DNA of 64,000 nt from positions 186,001 through 250,000 of the forward strand of contig JABVCE010000005.1 of the NCBI GenBank assembly GCA_014905635.1. The letters are read 5' to 3'. Below the pieces are notes generated by a model. That model did not search any database. It saw only the letters and a list, made by a program, of their open reading frames with translations, and was not told where the DNA came from. Positions 12,745-24,973 of this stretch are shown piece by piece (the first letter of the stretch is position 1; every line of letters starts with the position of its first letter). The stretch comes from Scenedesmus sp. PABB004 (taxonomy: Eukaryota). A program made the translations under genes and the position numbers.

Positions 12745-13803
12745 TCACGCCTCGCCGCCGTTGAGCAGCGCACAGAGCCGCGCCGCCGCCGCCTCGCCGC
12801 AGCCCGTGCACGCCGCGACCTCCTCGGGCGCCGCGCCCGCGAGCTGCTGCAGCGAGCCGCCCACGGCCAGCAGCCCCTCCAGCTGCTCCGCCGACGGCAG
12901 GCCGCCGGCCGCGCCCGCCAGCACGGCGAGGCACGGCGCCAGCGCCTCGGGCGCCGTCGCCGCAGCCAGCTGCGGCGGCGACGACGGGGGCGCGGCGGCT
13001 GACCAGCTGCGCTCGGCGTGCAGCTGCGCATGCGCCCCGGCAGCCCGTGAGCCGTGCTGCGCCGCGCGGGCCGTGCCCACCTGCTGCGCCGTCACTTCCT
13101 GGTCGTCGTCGCCCGCGAGCGCCGCTACGAGCTGCAGCACGCTGCGGGTGAGCTCGCTGCGCCCCGGGGCGTGCGGGAGCAGCAGGACCTTGCCGCCAAA
13201 CCTGCGCGGCGCGCGGTGGCGCTCACGCGCCGAGCTCGCAGGACGGCGCGCTTGCAGGACGGCGGGCGCAGCCGCACCGCGCGGCGCACCTCGTGCTCGT
13301 GGCGACCTCGACCGCCGCCTGGTGCCCGGCGAGCGCGAGCGGCAGCGCCAGGGCGGCCAGCCGGAAGGTCTTGGCCACCTTTGCACACCTGCGGCGCGGG
13401 CGTGGTGCGGCGCTCGGCGGCGCGCGCCGTGCGTTGCGGCTGCAGCGCGGCCGCGGTCGCGCCGCCGCGCCTGTCGAGCGCCGCCCCGCTGTCCAGCTCG
13501 GCCACGGCGCCCAGCAGCACGGCCAGCGGCGCCGGCAGCGCGGGGTGGGTGAAGATGAGGTCCTGCGCCGCGCGGTGAGGCAGCAGCAGGCAGCGTCGAC
13601 CGCGCGCTGTGCTGCGCGGGCACGCGGCCGCCGGCGCAGCGGCGCGCGCGCCGCCTGCGTGCCGGCACGCAGGACGCCGACTCGCGCAGCTTCACGGCCT
13701 CCGCCGCCAGGAGCTCGGGCGACAGCGCCGCGGCCGCGCCGGCGCGCACGATGCAGACGCCGCCGAGCTGCGGCGCGTGGGCGAGCTGATCGTGCGCCTC
13801 CAT
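12745..13803 (-). CDS. PTD: PARTING DANCERS / SPO16-like meiotic crossover protein (ERCC1-like fold plus C-terminal HhH); multi-exon
   Basis: Spliced product LGGVCIV...CVP|DLIF...[12 protein letters not shown]...[19 protein letters not shown] parallels remembered Arabidopsis PTD motifs (AGVCIM, IPPDLIF, GSIEAIAKASKEDILANT). About 210 aa, somewhat shorter than the plant protein. Confidence 0.68.
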   Translation of the reverse strand: MEAHDQLAHAPQLGGVCIVRAGAAAALSPELLAAEAVKLRESASCVPARRRRARRCAGGRVPAQHSARSTLPAAASPRGAGPHLHPPRAAGAAGRAAGRRGRAGQRGGARQARRRDRGRAAAATHGARRRAPHHARAAGVQRWPRPSGWPPWRCRSRSPGTRRRSRSPRARGAPRGAAAPAVLQARRPASSARERHRAPRRFGGKVLLLPHAPGRSELTRSVLQLVAALAGDDDQEVTAQQVGTARAAQHGSRAAGAHAQLHAERSWSAAAPPSSPPQLAAATAPEALAPCLAVLAGAAGGLPSAEQLEGLLAVGGSLQQLAGAAPEEVAACTGCGEAAAARLCALLNGGEA

Positions 13804-14314
13804 GGCGGGGCGATGGTGTGCGACTGTTGCTGTGCAGGGGAGGGGTGGTTGGGGGTCGACGAGCGAGCGGCGAGGGCTCAGCGCGGCGGCGCGGGGCCGC
13901 CGCCGCGTGCCGTACGCGCCGCTGCTGGCCGCCCGGCACACCGCCGCGCGCCCACGGCCGCCCCCGCGCGCTGTTCGCCCCGCCCCGCCCCGCCCCCGGG
14001 TGCGCCGCGTGGGCCCGCGCAGCGCGCGCCGTTCGAGCCCAGCCCGCCGCCTCACGAGCGATGCACGGCGCGGGCTGGCCGGTAGGCACCTGCGCGGGGA
14101 GCTAGAATCGACCTCTGCCCGCCAGCGCGCCAGGTGACGCCGCGCGCGGCGGGGCGGCCGCAGCTGTCGGCGGCGCACGCTGCTGCGTTTGAGCCGGCGA
14201 GCTCGTCTGGCGTCACCAGGGCCCAGCCGCCACCCCGGGGCCGCCAGTGTCGCGCCTGCTTGGGCGCCGCTGCCGGCTCACCGTGGCGCCGCGCGCAGGC
14301 GCCGGCCCGCCGCG

Positions 14315-16462
14315 ATGTCGTGCTTCGTGCTGCGCTGCAACGGCTGCAGCACGCCTCTGGAGCGCAAGGCGCAGGGCGTGGTCACCGCTTGCAAGCACCT
14401 GTTCTGTGAGATCTGCGCCGCACCGGCGCCGGCGTGCGCAGCAGGCGGCGCGCGCGGGCCCCGGCCCACCCCACCGCTGCACGCAGGCACCGGCTGCGCG
14501 CAGACGCTCCTGGAGAGCGATGGCGTGTGCTCCATCTGCGAGGGCGTGCTGGGCAAGAAGTGCGCGCGCGGTGCTCGAGCGGCGCGTGGGCCCGGCCGGC
14601 GGCAGAGCTCAGCGCGGCTTGCGCGCGCCGCCCTGCCCCGCCCCGCAGCTCCATGAAGCTCGTCAGCCTGCTGCGCAGCACCAGCAGCACGGCCGTGGTG
14701 CGCCCGCACGCGGCGCCAGCGGCGCCAGCGGCGCCCACGCCCGCGCGCGCTTGCAGGACGGCGCCGCCCGCGGCGCCGCCGCCGAGCGCGTGCCGCGCCG
14801 CACCGCCGCCGCCGCCGCCGCAGCTGGCGCTGTGCGGGCAGGAGCCGGACGCGATCATGGAGGTCGCGGCGGCGGGGCTCGCGTTTTACACCGAGCAGCA
14901 GCGCCTCGTGGCGGAGTACGACCAGAGCCTGCTGGCGCGGAAGATCGACAAGCTCCAGGGCCAGTGCCGCACCAAGCTCGATGCGATGCAGAAGAACCTG
15001 ATACACGTGCGCCGCGGCGCCGCGCGGCGTGCCTGGCGCAGTGCGCGCGCGCGGCCGGCCGCGGCCGCGGACGCCGCCTCGGCCGCGGCGGCGGCAGTCG
15101 CCGCCGCCGCGCGGCCGCGCGCTCGGGGCTGCTGCGACGCTGCGGCGCCGCCGCGGCCGGCACCGCCAGGCCAAGCGGCGCCACCAGGAGATTGAGCACG
15201 CGAAGAACGCAGTCGACGCGGACAACCACGAGCTGCAGCAGAAGTACAGCCAGAAGTCCATGTGAGCCGCGCGCCGGGACGGCAGCGCGCGGCACGGGGC
15301 GCGCGGCACGGGGCGCGCGCATGCGTGGCTGCGGCGCGCGCTTTTGCAGGAGTCGCGCCCGAGCTGCCCTGCGCGCGCCACGCGCGCAGGCAGACGCGCA
15401 AGCTGCAGGAGATGGTCAAGGCGGTGCAGCAGGAGAACGAGGAGCTCAAGCGCCGCCTCGCGCACGCCACGGGCGGCCGCGCCAGCGGCGGCAGGCTCGC
15501 GCACCTGGGCGGCTCGGGCGGCCGCGGCGCGCAGCAGTCGCCCTTCGGCATGGGCGGCCCCGCGCAGATGGTGCGCGCGCGCACGCGCGCGCGCGCTGCC
15601 GGGGCTGCCGCGACTGCTTGGGCCGCCGCGGCCAGGCCGCAACTGCCGCCGCTGCCGCGCCGCGTCAGATCACCACCGTGCGGCAGCACAAGTCTGTCAT
15701 CGAGCTCAGCCCCACGCCGGGCGGCGGCGGCTGTGAGCGCCGCCGCGCAGCGCGCCGCTGCCGCCGCCGCCGCCGCCGAGGCACCGCGCCCTGCCACGGG
15801 CCGGGTCTGACTGCCACCCGGTGCCGCGCGCGCCCGCGCAGTCCTCGGCCACGGCAGCACCACCGTGCCGCAGCACCGCCCCGGCACCGCGGGCGGGGGC
15901 TTTGGCATGTTTGGCGGCGGCGCGTCGCCGGGGCTGCAGCTGGGCCTGGGCCTGGACCAGCACATGCCACGCCGGCCGGGGACCAGCGGCGGCATGATCG
16001 GCGGCGCAGCCGCGCGTGGGCTGGCCAACGGCAGCGGTGGCGGCGCGCTGCGCATGGGCCTGCCGCGGGGCGGCATGGGCGGCCTGGGTGAGCGTCGCCG
16101 AGCGGCGCGCGCTGGCCCCTGGGCTCGCCGCCGCCGCGCCGCCCCTGAAGCGCGCCGCCGCCCCGCCCCGGCATGTCGCAGGCTCTCCGAGCGGCCACGG
16201 CATGCTCAGCATGTGAAGGGCAAACGCGTGAGCAGCGACGCACGGTGGCGAATGCAGCGGCAGGATGGGAGCGGCGCGAGCTGGCAGGAGCGGCGGCTGG
16301 GCGCGCGCTGCGGCCTCGTGCGCACTGATCGGTCTGCGCCGCCTCGACGGCAGCGGCGCAGGGAGGGGGCGGCTCGATCCTTTCACCGGCGGCATGGGGC
16401 TGCCGCCGCCGCACGGCCGGCACCAGCACTCGCGCATCACTGCCCTGACTTGCCCTGACTAG
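14315..16462 (+). CDS. HEI10: HEI10 / CCNB1IP1 meiotic RING E3 ligase (Zip3 family); multi-exon, 3' end approximate
   Basis: RING RCNGC...TACKHLFC|TGC...DGVCSICEGVL, then LCGQEPDAIMEVAAAGLAFY and a coiled coil ending ELQQKYSQKS..RKLQEM, matching the HEI10 layout. Probable 5'UTR intron 14134-14298. Confidence 0.9.
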
Positions 16463-16604
16463 ACGCTGACCCAGTGACCCTGAACTTCCCACGTCCCGGC
16501 GCCTGACTGCCGGCCTGAATAACGCGCGCGCGCACCTGGGCGCGCACTGCACGCAAGGACTGTGTGCTCGACTGCCTGCCTGCGTAACGTGATGTGACCC
16601 ACCG

Positions 16605-19402
16605 CTACCTGCCGCCCCGCGGCTCCAGGGCCGGCAGCACCGCGCCCTCCTCGCCGCGCGGCTGCAGGTGGCCGCCGCGCCAGCCCCCAGGCGGCAAGCG
16701 CGGCCCCACCTCCGCCCGCGGCAGCTGCTCCGCGGGGGGGGGGGGGGGGGCGTGCGCCGCCGCAAACCAGCTCTGCGGGCGCACCGCGCCGCGAGCGCTC
16801 ATGCTGCCGGGCTCGAGCTGTGTGCGCGCGCCCCCGGGCCCCGGGCTGCCAGGGCACCCGTCCGGGGCGGTCGCACGGCGGCTCGCGAGGCCGGCAGGCG
16901 GCAGCTGCGCACGGCGGGGGTCGCGTGCGCGCAGCGTGAGCGGTGCACGCTGCGGCGCGCAGCCACGCCGGCGGCACGACGCAGCGCCGCACCTTGCCGG
17001 GCGCCGCGGCGCCCGCCGCCGTGAGCTCTGCACTGGCGCGGCTGGCCAGGCTCACGGGGATCTGCCCGGTGGGCACGTGCGGCCCGGGGGCGGCGTCAAT
17101 GCTGCCAGCGGGCGGTCGCAGGCCATGCACTTGAGGCCGGTCAGGGGCTTGGACGACAGCATCGTGTGGTCGCCGTCGCCGCTCCGCCAGCCCTGCGCGG
17201 GGGCGGCCGCACGGCGTGGGGCCGCCGCCGCAGCTGGCCGCCCGGCCCCGCACGGTCAGGGGCTGCGCCACCGCGCACCAGCCGCGCGCGCACCTGCAGG
17301 CCGCCAGGCCGGCCGCCGCCCCCGCCGCCGGCGCCCATGCGCTGTTTGAGCTGCCGCACGTCTGCCGCCAGGCGGCGCAGGTCAGGCGAGGCCGCCGCGC
17401 CGCCGCCGCCGCCGCCGTGGGCGCCGCCGCCGCCGTGGGCTGGTGCAGCAGCGCCCGCGGCGGGCTGGTGCAGCACGCGGCGCCCGGCAAGCGCCTCGAC
17501 CGCCGCCAGGCGCTGCGCAATGCTCGCCAGCAGAGCGGTGTCGCCGGGCCAGTCCGCCTTGCGCCCGACCTCGCCCAGCCGCAGGAGGCCGAGGAGGCGC
17601 AGCAGCTGCGGGCCCGGGCTGCCGTCTGTGCGACCGCCGTCAACGCCGTCGCCGGGGCCACCGGCGCCAAAGCCGAAGCTGGCTTCTGCAGCAGCGCTGC
17701 GGCTGCCCGGGCTGACGAGGGCCGCGTCGCCGGCGTCGCCCGCCGTGCAGCCGCCGGCGGTGGCCTGCTGCCCGGTCGCAAGCAGGCAGAGCGCCTCGGC
17801 CAGCGTCTCAACCGCTGCAGCCAGCTGCTGGCCCACCTCCCAGCTGCCTGCGCCGCCAAGCTCGCCGCGGCCCGCGCACTCGACGCCGGGTGCCTCCAGG
17901 CTCGCCGTGCCCGGGCCGAGCTCCGCCCCCTCCGGCCCGCCCGGCCCGTGCGCGGGCCACGCCGTGGGCAGGCCCCCGCATGGCGGCCGGGGCTTGGCCG
18001 ACTCTGGGCGGCCCACCGAGGCGCCAGCACTGCTGGCGGCTGCGGCCCTGCCAGCCAGCGCCGGCGGGCCGCCGCCGCCCTGCTGCAGCGCCTGTGCAAG
18101 GCGCGCCAGCTGCAGCTGCTGAGCCTCCAGCCGGCTGCCCAGCGCCTCCGTGTCGCGCTGCGCCGCCGTGTTGGCCAGCGCGCCGCGCAGCCTGCCGAGC
18201 TCTGCCCGCTCCTCTGCCGAGGCCAAAGCCAGGCTGCCCATGCCGGCCTGGAGCTCTGCCACCTGGGTGGCGAGCTCCTCCAGCGCCTCGGCCGTGTCAC
18301 CTGCCAGCGCCGCCGCCGCAGACGCGGTCGAGGCTGCAGCGGCTGCCGCGCCGTCAGCACCGGCGGCCGCTGCGGTGCCGCCGGCAGGGTTGGACGTCGC
18401 CGCGTCGCCGGCGGCCGCGCGCGCTACGGCGCCGCCAACGGCGCCAGCAGGCGTCGCCGCGCCGTCGGCGGCGCCGGCGGTCTCTGCGCGCACGTTTGCG
18501 GCAGGCTCTCGGGTCGCAACCGCGGCCGCCGGGCCGCGACCTGGCGCCCGACTCGCCACCAGTCGCGACAGGCTGCGGACCTCACCGCACAGCGCCTCCA
18601 GCTGCGCGCCCAGCTCCTGCACCCCCTGGCCAGGGGAGGCGTCACCCGCGGCGGCCCCCGGCCCGGCCTCGCCAGCGCCCCCCTCGCCGGTCGGCGCGCT
18701 GTCGCCCCGTGGCGAGAGGGGGTGCTGCGTCACCCGGGCGGGCGCCGCCGCCGAGGCCGGGGTCGGCGCCTCCTCGAGCGCCGACAGCCTGGCCAGCAGC
18801 AGTGGCAGCTGGCCCGCCAGGCCGCCGTCGCCAGGTGGCCCCTGATGGGCGCACGGCGGCTGCTGCAGCTCCCCTGGCACCACCACCGCGCCGCCTGCGT
18901 TCGCGGCTCCCGGCACGGCCGCCGGCGCCGCGCCGCACGCCAGAGCCGCCGGCGCGGCGACGCCGTCGGGCGGCGCCGCAGGCGGAGTCGCCGCAGCGTC
19001 AGCCGCGACCAGCGCCGCTGCCAGCTCTGAGTGGCTCGCCTTGTCCTCCAGCTCTCGCCGCAGCGCCACCAGCTCCGCGCCGACGCTGCCGGCCGTCGCG
19101 GCCAGCTGGTCACGCAGCGCCGCCAGCTCGGCACCGTCTTCGGGCGGCGGCGGCGGCGGCGGCGCCGGCGGCGGGTGCTCGAGGGCTGAGCAGCGCTGCT
19201 CGAGGGCGGCCAGCTGCGCGCGCGCGCCGGCCGACTCGTCGGCCTGCTGCTCCTGGCCCGCCAGCAGTCGCGAAATCTCGCCAGCCTGCTTTTCCTGTCC
19301 CGCCAGCAGCCGGGACAGCAGGGCCGTGAGCGCGGCGTCGATGGAGGCGACGACCGAGACCGTGCGCACAGCGAGCAGCGCTTCGACGGCGGCCGCCGCC
19401 AT
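16605..19402 (-). CDS. Large Ala/Gly-rich coiled-coil protein with C-terminal KPLxGxKCMACDRPL motif (QRICH2/C16orf96-like); apparent 1-nt frameshift near 17105
   Basis: Long coding-like exon 19402-~17296, then an exon encoding MLSSKPLTGLKCMACDRPL, and a terminal exon ending at 16605. Confidence 0.6.
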
Positions 19403-19664
19403 TGCTGCTCACCGCTGGTGACGCGCCGTCGGGGGTCCAACGCGGCGGTCACAGGCCGCGGCGAGCGGCGCACACGACGGGGCAGGTCTTTGACCGTCGC
19501 GCGCCACCGACGCACGCCGGCGTGCGCTCATGTGCCGCCAAACTGCAGCGCTCGCGCACGCGGCCAGGCCGCGCCGAGCAACGGGCGCGAGCGTGTGACG
19601 CGAGCGCGCGGCGCGAGGCAGCGGCGACCCGCCCGCTGCAGCAGCAGCCCGGCCGCGGGGCGCC

Positions 19665-21285
19665 ATGGCGCGCGTCTTCAGCAGCAGCGCCTGCGCCGCG
19701 CGCTTCCTGGCGTCGCTGCTCGGGCAGCCACCGGGCGCGGCGGCGGCGGCAGCGGCAGCAGCGGCGGCGGCAGCGACGGCGGCAGCGCGCCCGTGCGCCG
19801 CCGCCGCGCCCGGGTGGAGGCAGCAGGGCGGCCTGCCCCGCCTCCTGGCGTGCGTGGGCGCCGCCGCCGCCGCCGCGGCGCCGCGCGGCCTGCACGGCCT
19901 GGCGGCGGCGGCGCAGCAGGCGGAGGTGCCGCGCGCCGCGCGCGTGCTCGACGGCCGCGCCGTGGCGGCAGAGTGGAGCGCGCAGCTGGAGGCCCAGGTC
20001 CCGGCGCTCGCGCTGGCGCTGGGGCGGCCGCCGGGGCTGGCGGTGGTGCTCGTGGGCAGCCGCCCCGACAGTCTGCTGTATGTGGCGCGCAAGCAGGAGG
20101 CCTGCGCGCGCGTGGGCGTGGCGTGCCGCGTCGTGCGCCTGCCCGCGACCGTCAGCCAGGGCGGCCTGCAGGCCGCAATCGCGCAGGTGTGGGCGGCGCT
20201 TGCGCGGGGGTGCGGGTGGGCGCGCGCGTGGGCCGGCCCGCCCCCGCCGGCCGCCGGCCGCCGGCCGCCGGCCGCCCCACCCGCTGGTCCGCCCGCCAGG
20301 CCGCCGGCGACCCAGCGGTGGACGGCGTGCTGGTGCAGCTGCCGCTGCCGCGCCACCTGGACGAGGAAGCGGCCATGGAGGCGCTGCACCCGGCCAAGGA
20401 CGTGGACGGCTTCCACCCGGCAAACATGGGGTGCGGCCGAGCGCGTGGCGCTGCAGCAGCCGCGGTGGCGCACGGCGCCGCGGCGGCTGACCCGCCGCGG
20501 CACGCGCCTGCGCACGCGCGCACGGCGGCTGGCCGCAGGCGCATGCTGATGCGCGGCCGTGCGCGCCGCTTTGTGCCGGCGACGCCGCTGGGCGTCGTGG
20601 AGCTGCTCGGGCGCAGCGGCGTGCCGCTCGGGGGCAAGACGGCGGTCGTGCTGGGGGACAGCAACATCGTGGGCACGCCCCTCGCGGCGCTGCTGCGCGA
20701 CGAGGGCGTCGCACTCGTCACGACGTGCCACCGCGTCAGCCTGCAGGAGTGAGCCCGCGCGCGCACGCGGCGCGCGCCGCGGCTGGCACCTGCCCGGCGT
20801 GCGTGCCGTGGCCGAGCCCCGCGCCGCCCGCCGCCGCGCCCGCCCGCAGCTGGTTCGAGGAGCAGGGCGGCGGCCGCGCCCAGGGCCACGTGCCGCCGTC
20901 CGTGTGCCTCCCGCGCCTGCCGGGGCCGGGCCCGCGCCGCCGGCGGGCGGCGGCGGCGGCGGCGGCGGCGGCCGGCACGAGGCCGACAGCCGCTTCCAGG
21001 TGCGTGCGCCGCGCCGCACGTCGCACCGCACGTCGCGCCGCGTGCGCCCGCGCGCCGCGCGCGCCCACCCGCCGCGGTGTCGCGCCCGCAGTCGTCGCAG
21101 CTGCCGGCCATCTGCCGCACCGCCGACGTGCTGGTCGTGGCGGTGGGCAGCCCCGAGCTCGTGCGCGGCGACTGGGTCAAGCCCGGCGCGGTCGTGGTGG
21201 ACGTGGGCATCAACGTCGTGCCCGTCCCCGGCGCCGGCAACGCCGTGCGGGACGACTGCGCGCCGGGCGGCGCGCCGGGTGCTGC

Positions 21286-21324
<39 letters not shown>

Positions 21325-21586
21325 AGCCAACCCGCCGCCCAGCATGTTCCAGCTGGCGCAGGGGAGCATGAGCGAGGAGGTGGAGCACGGCGGCGGCGGC
21401 GGCGGGGTGTCGGGGCCGTGCGGCAGCGCGTTCCGCGTGGTCGGCGACGTCGCGGCGGGCGAGGTCGCGCGCGTCGCGTCGGTGCTCACGCCCGTGCCCG
21501 GCGGCGTGGGGCCGATGACGGTCGCCGCGGTCGTGGCCAACACGCTGCAGGCCGCCCGCATCAGTGCGGGCCTGCTGCCCTGGTGA
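19665..21586 (+). CDS. folD: Bifunctional methylenetetrahydrofolate dehydrogenase/cyclohydrolase (FolD), organellar; multi-exon
   Basis: PGLAVVLVG..DSLLYVARK, VDGVLVQLPLP, KDVDGFHP, PATPLG, VVLGDSNIVGTP, KPGAVVVDVGIN, TPVPGGVGPMT. Confidence 0.96.
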
Positions 21587-22118
21587 CGGCGCCGCGTGCC
21601 ACGTGCGCCCGGGCTCGTCGTCGAGGCGAGTTGCAACGCCGCGTTGTCAATGCGTTACACGTCCGCCGCCGCCGCCGCTTCACAAGAAGCGGGCCGCCCC
21701 TGCTGCCGGCGGCGCCGCTGCGAGCTGAGCCCCGCCCCAATGCAGTGCGATGTGTTTGGTGTACACAGCAGCCCGCCGCCGCGTCGAACAGCAAGTGCGT
21801 CGCCGGCGCGCCTCAGGGCGGCCGGCGCGTCCGCGCGCGCGGCCTCGTTTGACGCACACGCGCCGTCAGCGACAGCGCACGCACACACGCCGGCCGCGCC
21901 GTCGGAGCGCGGCCGTCCCACGCGCGCGCACGCAAGCAAACACGCAACAGTCAAAAGGAAACGCCGCCGTCGTCGTCGTCGTCACCGGCGCGGCTGTCGG
22001 AGCCCGCGCCGCCCCCGCTGTGATCGGCCCCCGCAGGCCGCAGGCCGCGGTCGCGCCCCCGCCGTCGCCCCCGCCGAGCCGCCCAAGCGCCCGCGCGTCG
22101 CGCCGCGCCGCGCGCCGC

Positions 22119-23943
22119 TCACTCCTCCAGCTCCTCCACGCGCTTGAGCGCGGTGACCGCCATGACCAGCTGGCCGTCCTCGAGGCGCAGCGGCGACGCG
22201 CGCGCGAGCAGGCTCAGGCTCAGCGGCGCGGCGCCGGGGCGGGCGCCCACGTCGCCGCCGCACGCGAGCAGCATCTCCGCGTCGTCGCAGCCGCCCGGCA
22301 CGACGCCCAGGCCGCGCCGGCCCGCGCTCGCGAGCAGCGCGAGCCCGCCGCCCGCGCCCGCGGTCGCCCAGTGCAGGCCGCCGGCGCCGGCGTCGCCGCC
22401 GCCGCCGCCGCGCGACGGCACCGCCGGCGGCAGCGCGAGCGCGAGCGTGCCGCGCAGCGCGCGGGGCACGCCCGCGGCGCGCTCGCGCGCCGCCGCCGCC
22501 CACGCGGCGACCGCGTCGGCCGCGGCGACGTGCGCGCGCGCATGAATGCCGCCGCGGATGGCCTCGAAGAAGCAGAAGAACACGGCGCTGTTGATGCCGT
22601 TGCTCAGCGCGCGCGGGCCGAGGCCGGCGAGGAAGCCGCGCGGGCCGGACGCCGCGAGGATCTCCGCCGCCGCGCCGGCCATGGTCGGGCGGCTCGCGGC
22701 GGCGCACATCATGCGCGTCTTGATGACGTCGAGCGGCGTCGTGCACCCCGCGGCGAGCGCGCCGGCGGTGGCGCCCATCGCAAAGTCCTCCTGCGGAGTG
22801 TGGGTGTGGGTGTGGGTGGGTGGGCGTGGTGCAAGTGTGGTGGAGGGTGTGGTGTAGGAGGGGCGCAGGAGAGCACAGCGCGGCGCCGCCGCGCGCGCGC
22901 CTGGGGGCTGGCGGGGCGGCCGCCCGAGAGCTTGGCGTGCAGCTGGCGCATCGACTCGTACGCCGCAAACTTGACCGCCATGTCCGGCACGTCCTCGAGC
23001 AGCGTCGGGAAGAAGCCCTGCGGGACGCAGCGGGGGTGCGAGCGGCGGAGGCGGCGGCGGGGTTGTGAGCGAGGCGGCGGCGGGGCCGCGACAGGTGGCG
23101 GCGGCCGCGCGGCGCGGCCGCGGGCCGCAGGCGGCGCGGCGGCCGCGCGGCGCCCCGCACCGTGAAGAGGCCGCGCGGGCCGGCGCGCGCGGTGATGGCG
23201 CTGGCGGCGGCAAAGACGTTGGGGTACACGCCCGCCTGCACGCTGCGGATGCAGACGGCGAGCGGGACCTTGACGACGCTCGACCCCGCGGCGGCGATGC
23301 CGCCGCTGACAAACGCGACCGCGCTGGGGCTGAGGTCGGTCGACGCGCCGATCGCGTTGCAGGCGACGCCGTAGACGGCGAAGTAGGCGCCGATGGCGAT
23401 GCCCGCGCCGCTCGCGGCGCCGACGACGCCCTTGTAGAGGCTCGCCAGCCCCGCGCCCATGGCCGCGAGGTCGGGCCGCCCGCCCGGCGGCGGCACGAGC
23501 TGCCCAAACTTGGACAGCCCCGGCGGCGCGGCGGCCGCCGCGGGCGCCGCGGCGGGCGCGGCGGGGCCGCCGCCGGCGAGGCCGCGGGCCTGCATGCGGA
23601 CCTTGAGCGTGTCGAGGGGGTGGATGGTGCTCTGGCTCAGCGCGCGCGCGAGCGCGCCCGCGAGCACGTCGCTCGCCGGCTTGGCCGCGGGGGCCTTGCC
23701 GCCGCGGCGCGGCGGCGCCGCGGCGGGCGCGCCCGCGCCGCCGCCGCCGCCGGCGGCGCGCGCGGCGCCCGAGAGCGAGACGGTCGTCGCGGCAAACGCG
23801 GTCGCCTTGGGCGCGGCGCGCCCGCCGCCGGTGCCGGGCAGCCGGATGCCGCGCAGCGGCCCGGGCAGGCCGGGCAGGCCCAGGCGCAGCCGGAAGGGCA
23901 GCCAGCGCTGCCGGCCGCCGGGGCGCGCGGGCTCGGGCTCCAT
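22119..23943 (-). CDS. Mitochondrial carrier family (SLC25) protein, SAM-carrier-like; multi-exon
   Basis: Px[D/E]xxKxR signature (HPLDTLKVRMQ, TPLDVIKTRMM), LYKG, GFFPTLLEDVP, FLAGLGPR. Confidence 0.92.
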
Positions 23944-24198
23944 GGTGGCGGTGTTCGCGCTGTCGCTGCGCCGCCTCGTCGTCGTCCCGATGCTGTCTGT
24001 CGTCCCCCTCGCCTAGGCTGGTGCGATCACAGGCAAATTCTTCTCCCCTCGTGCGCCGCGCCGGGCTATCGCTGCGTGTGTGCTTGCTGCCCCCGCCGGT
24101 CGGTCGTCGCCCCGGTCGTGCGCTAGTGCCTACCAACTAGTCCGCCTCCCCACCAGCGGCCGCTGCTGCTGGCGCGGGGGTGGCCTAGTCGATGGCGT

Positions 24199-24973
24199 TC
24201 ACGCCCGTGAACGGCGCTGGCAGGCCCTGCAGGGCCTGCGGCGGTCGGCGGGCGGGCGGCGGCGGCGGCGTCGTGGGCGACGCCCGCGCGCCGGCCGCGG
24301 CGTGCGCGCGGGGCGCCCGCTGCTGGCCCCGCGCCCGGCCCTGGCGCGCCCCTGGGCCGGCACGGCCCCTGGGGCCCGCCCCCGGGCCGTGGGAGCTGCG
24401 TGCGGCTGGGTCGGGCGTGCCAGCTGGCCGAATGGCGCGCGGCGCACCGGCAGCGCGCGCAGGCCTTCGCTGGCGGGCTGGTGCAGCAGCGACGACGCGA
24501 TGTCGCTGGCGGCGTTGAAGCGCAGCTGCTGGCAGAGGTGCTCCGCCAGGCGCTGCTGCTCGCTGAGCAGGAGCGCGCGCTCGAGGCCTTCAAACAGGGG
24601 CGCCGGGGGCTGGCTGCGGCCGGCGAAGGCCTTGAGGTTGCCCTGCGCGCGCGCGCACACGCGGGCGTGGGCGGGGGGCCGGGCGCGCACCGGCGCGCGC
24701 CCGGCGGGCGCGGTGCGGAGGACCATGATTGGCCCCGCCCCCCGCCTCCCCCCGGGCCCGCCGCGCCCGCCCGGCGGCCGTGCGGGTGCATTGCTGCCCC
24801 GCCCGGCCCCTCACCGTCTCGCGCTGCAGGTACGAGTGCCCGCTGAGCGCCTCCGCGGGGCTGATGCTGCTCGCGGACGCCGTGGACACCAGGCACGCCG
24901 TCCAGAGCACTATCTCGAGGTAGCAGAGCGCGAGCAGGCTAAAGTAGATGCGGGCACCCCTTGTGGAACGCAT
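24199..24973 (-). CDS. Small hypothetical protein with signal-peptide-like N-terminus; 3' end uncertain
   Basis: MRSTRGARIYFSLLALCYLEIVLWTACLVSTASA, then a GT-AG intron 24814-24643 joining in frame to GNLKAFAG..LFEGLERALLLSEQQRLAEHLCQQL. Confidence 0.45.
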
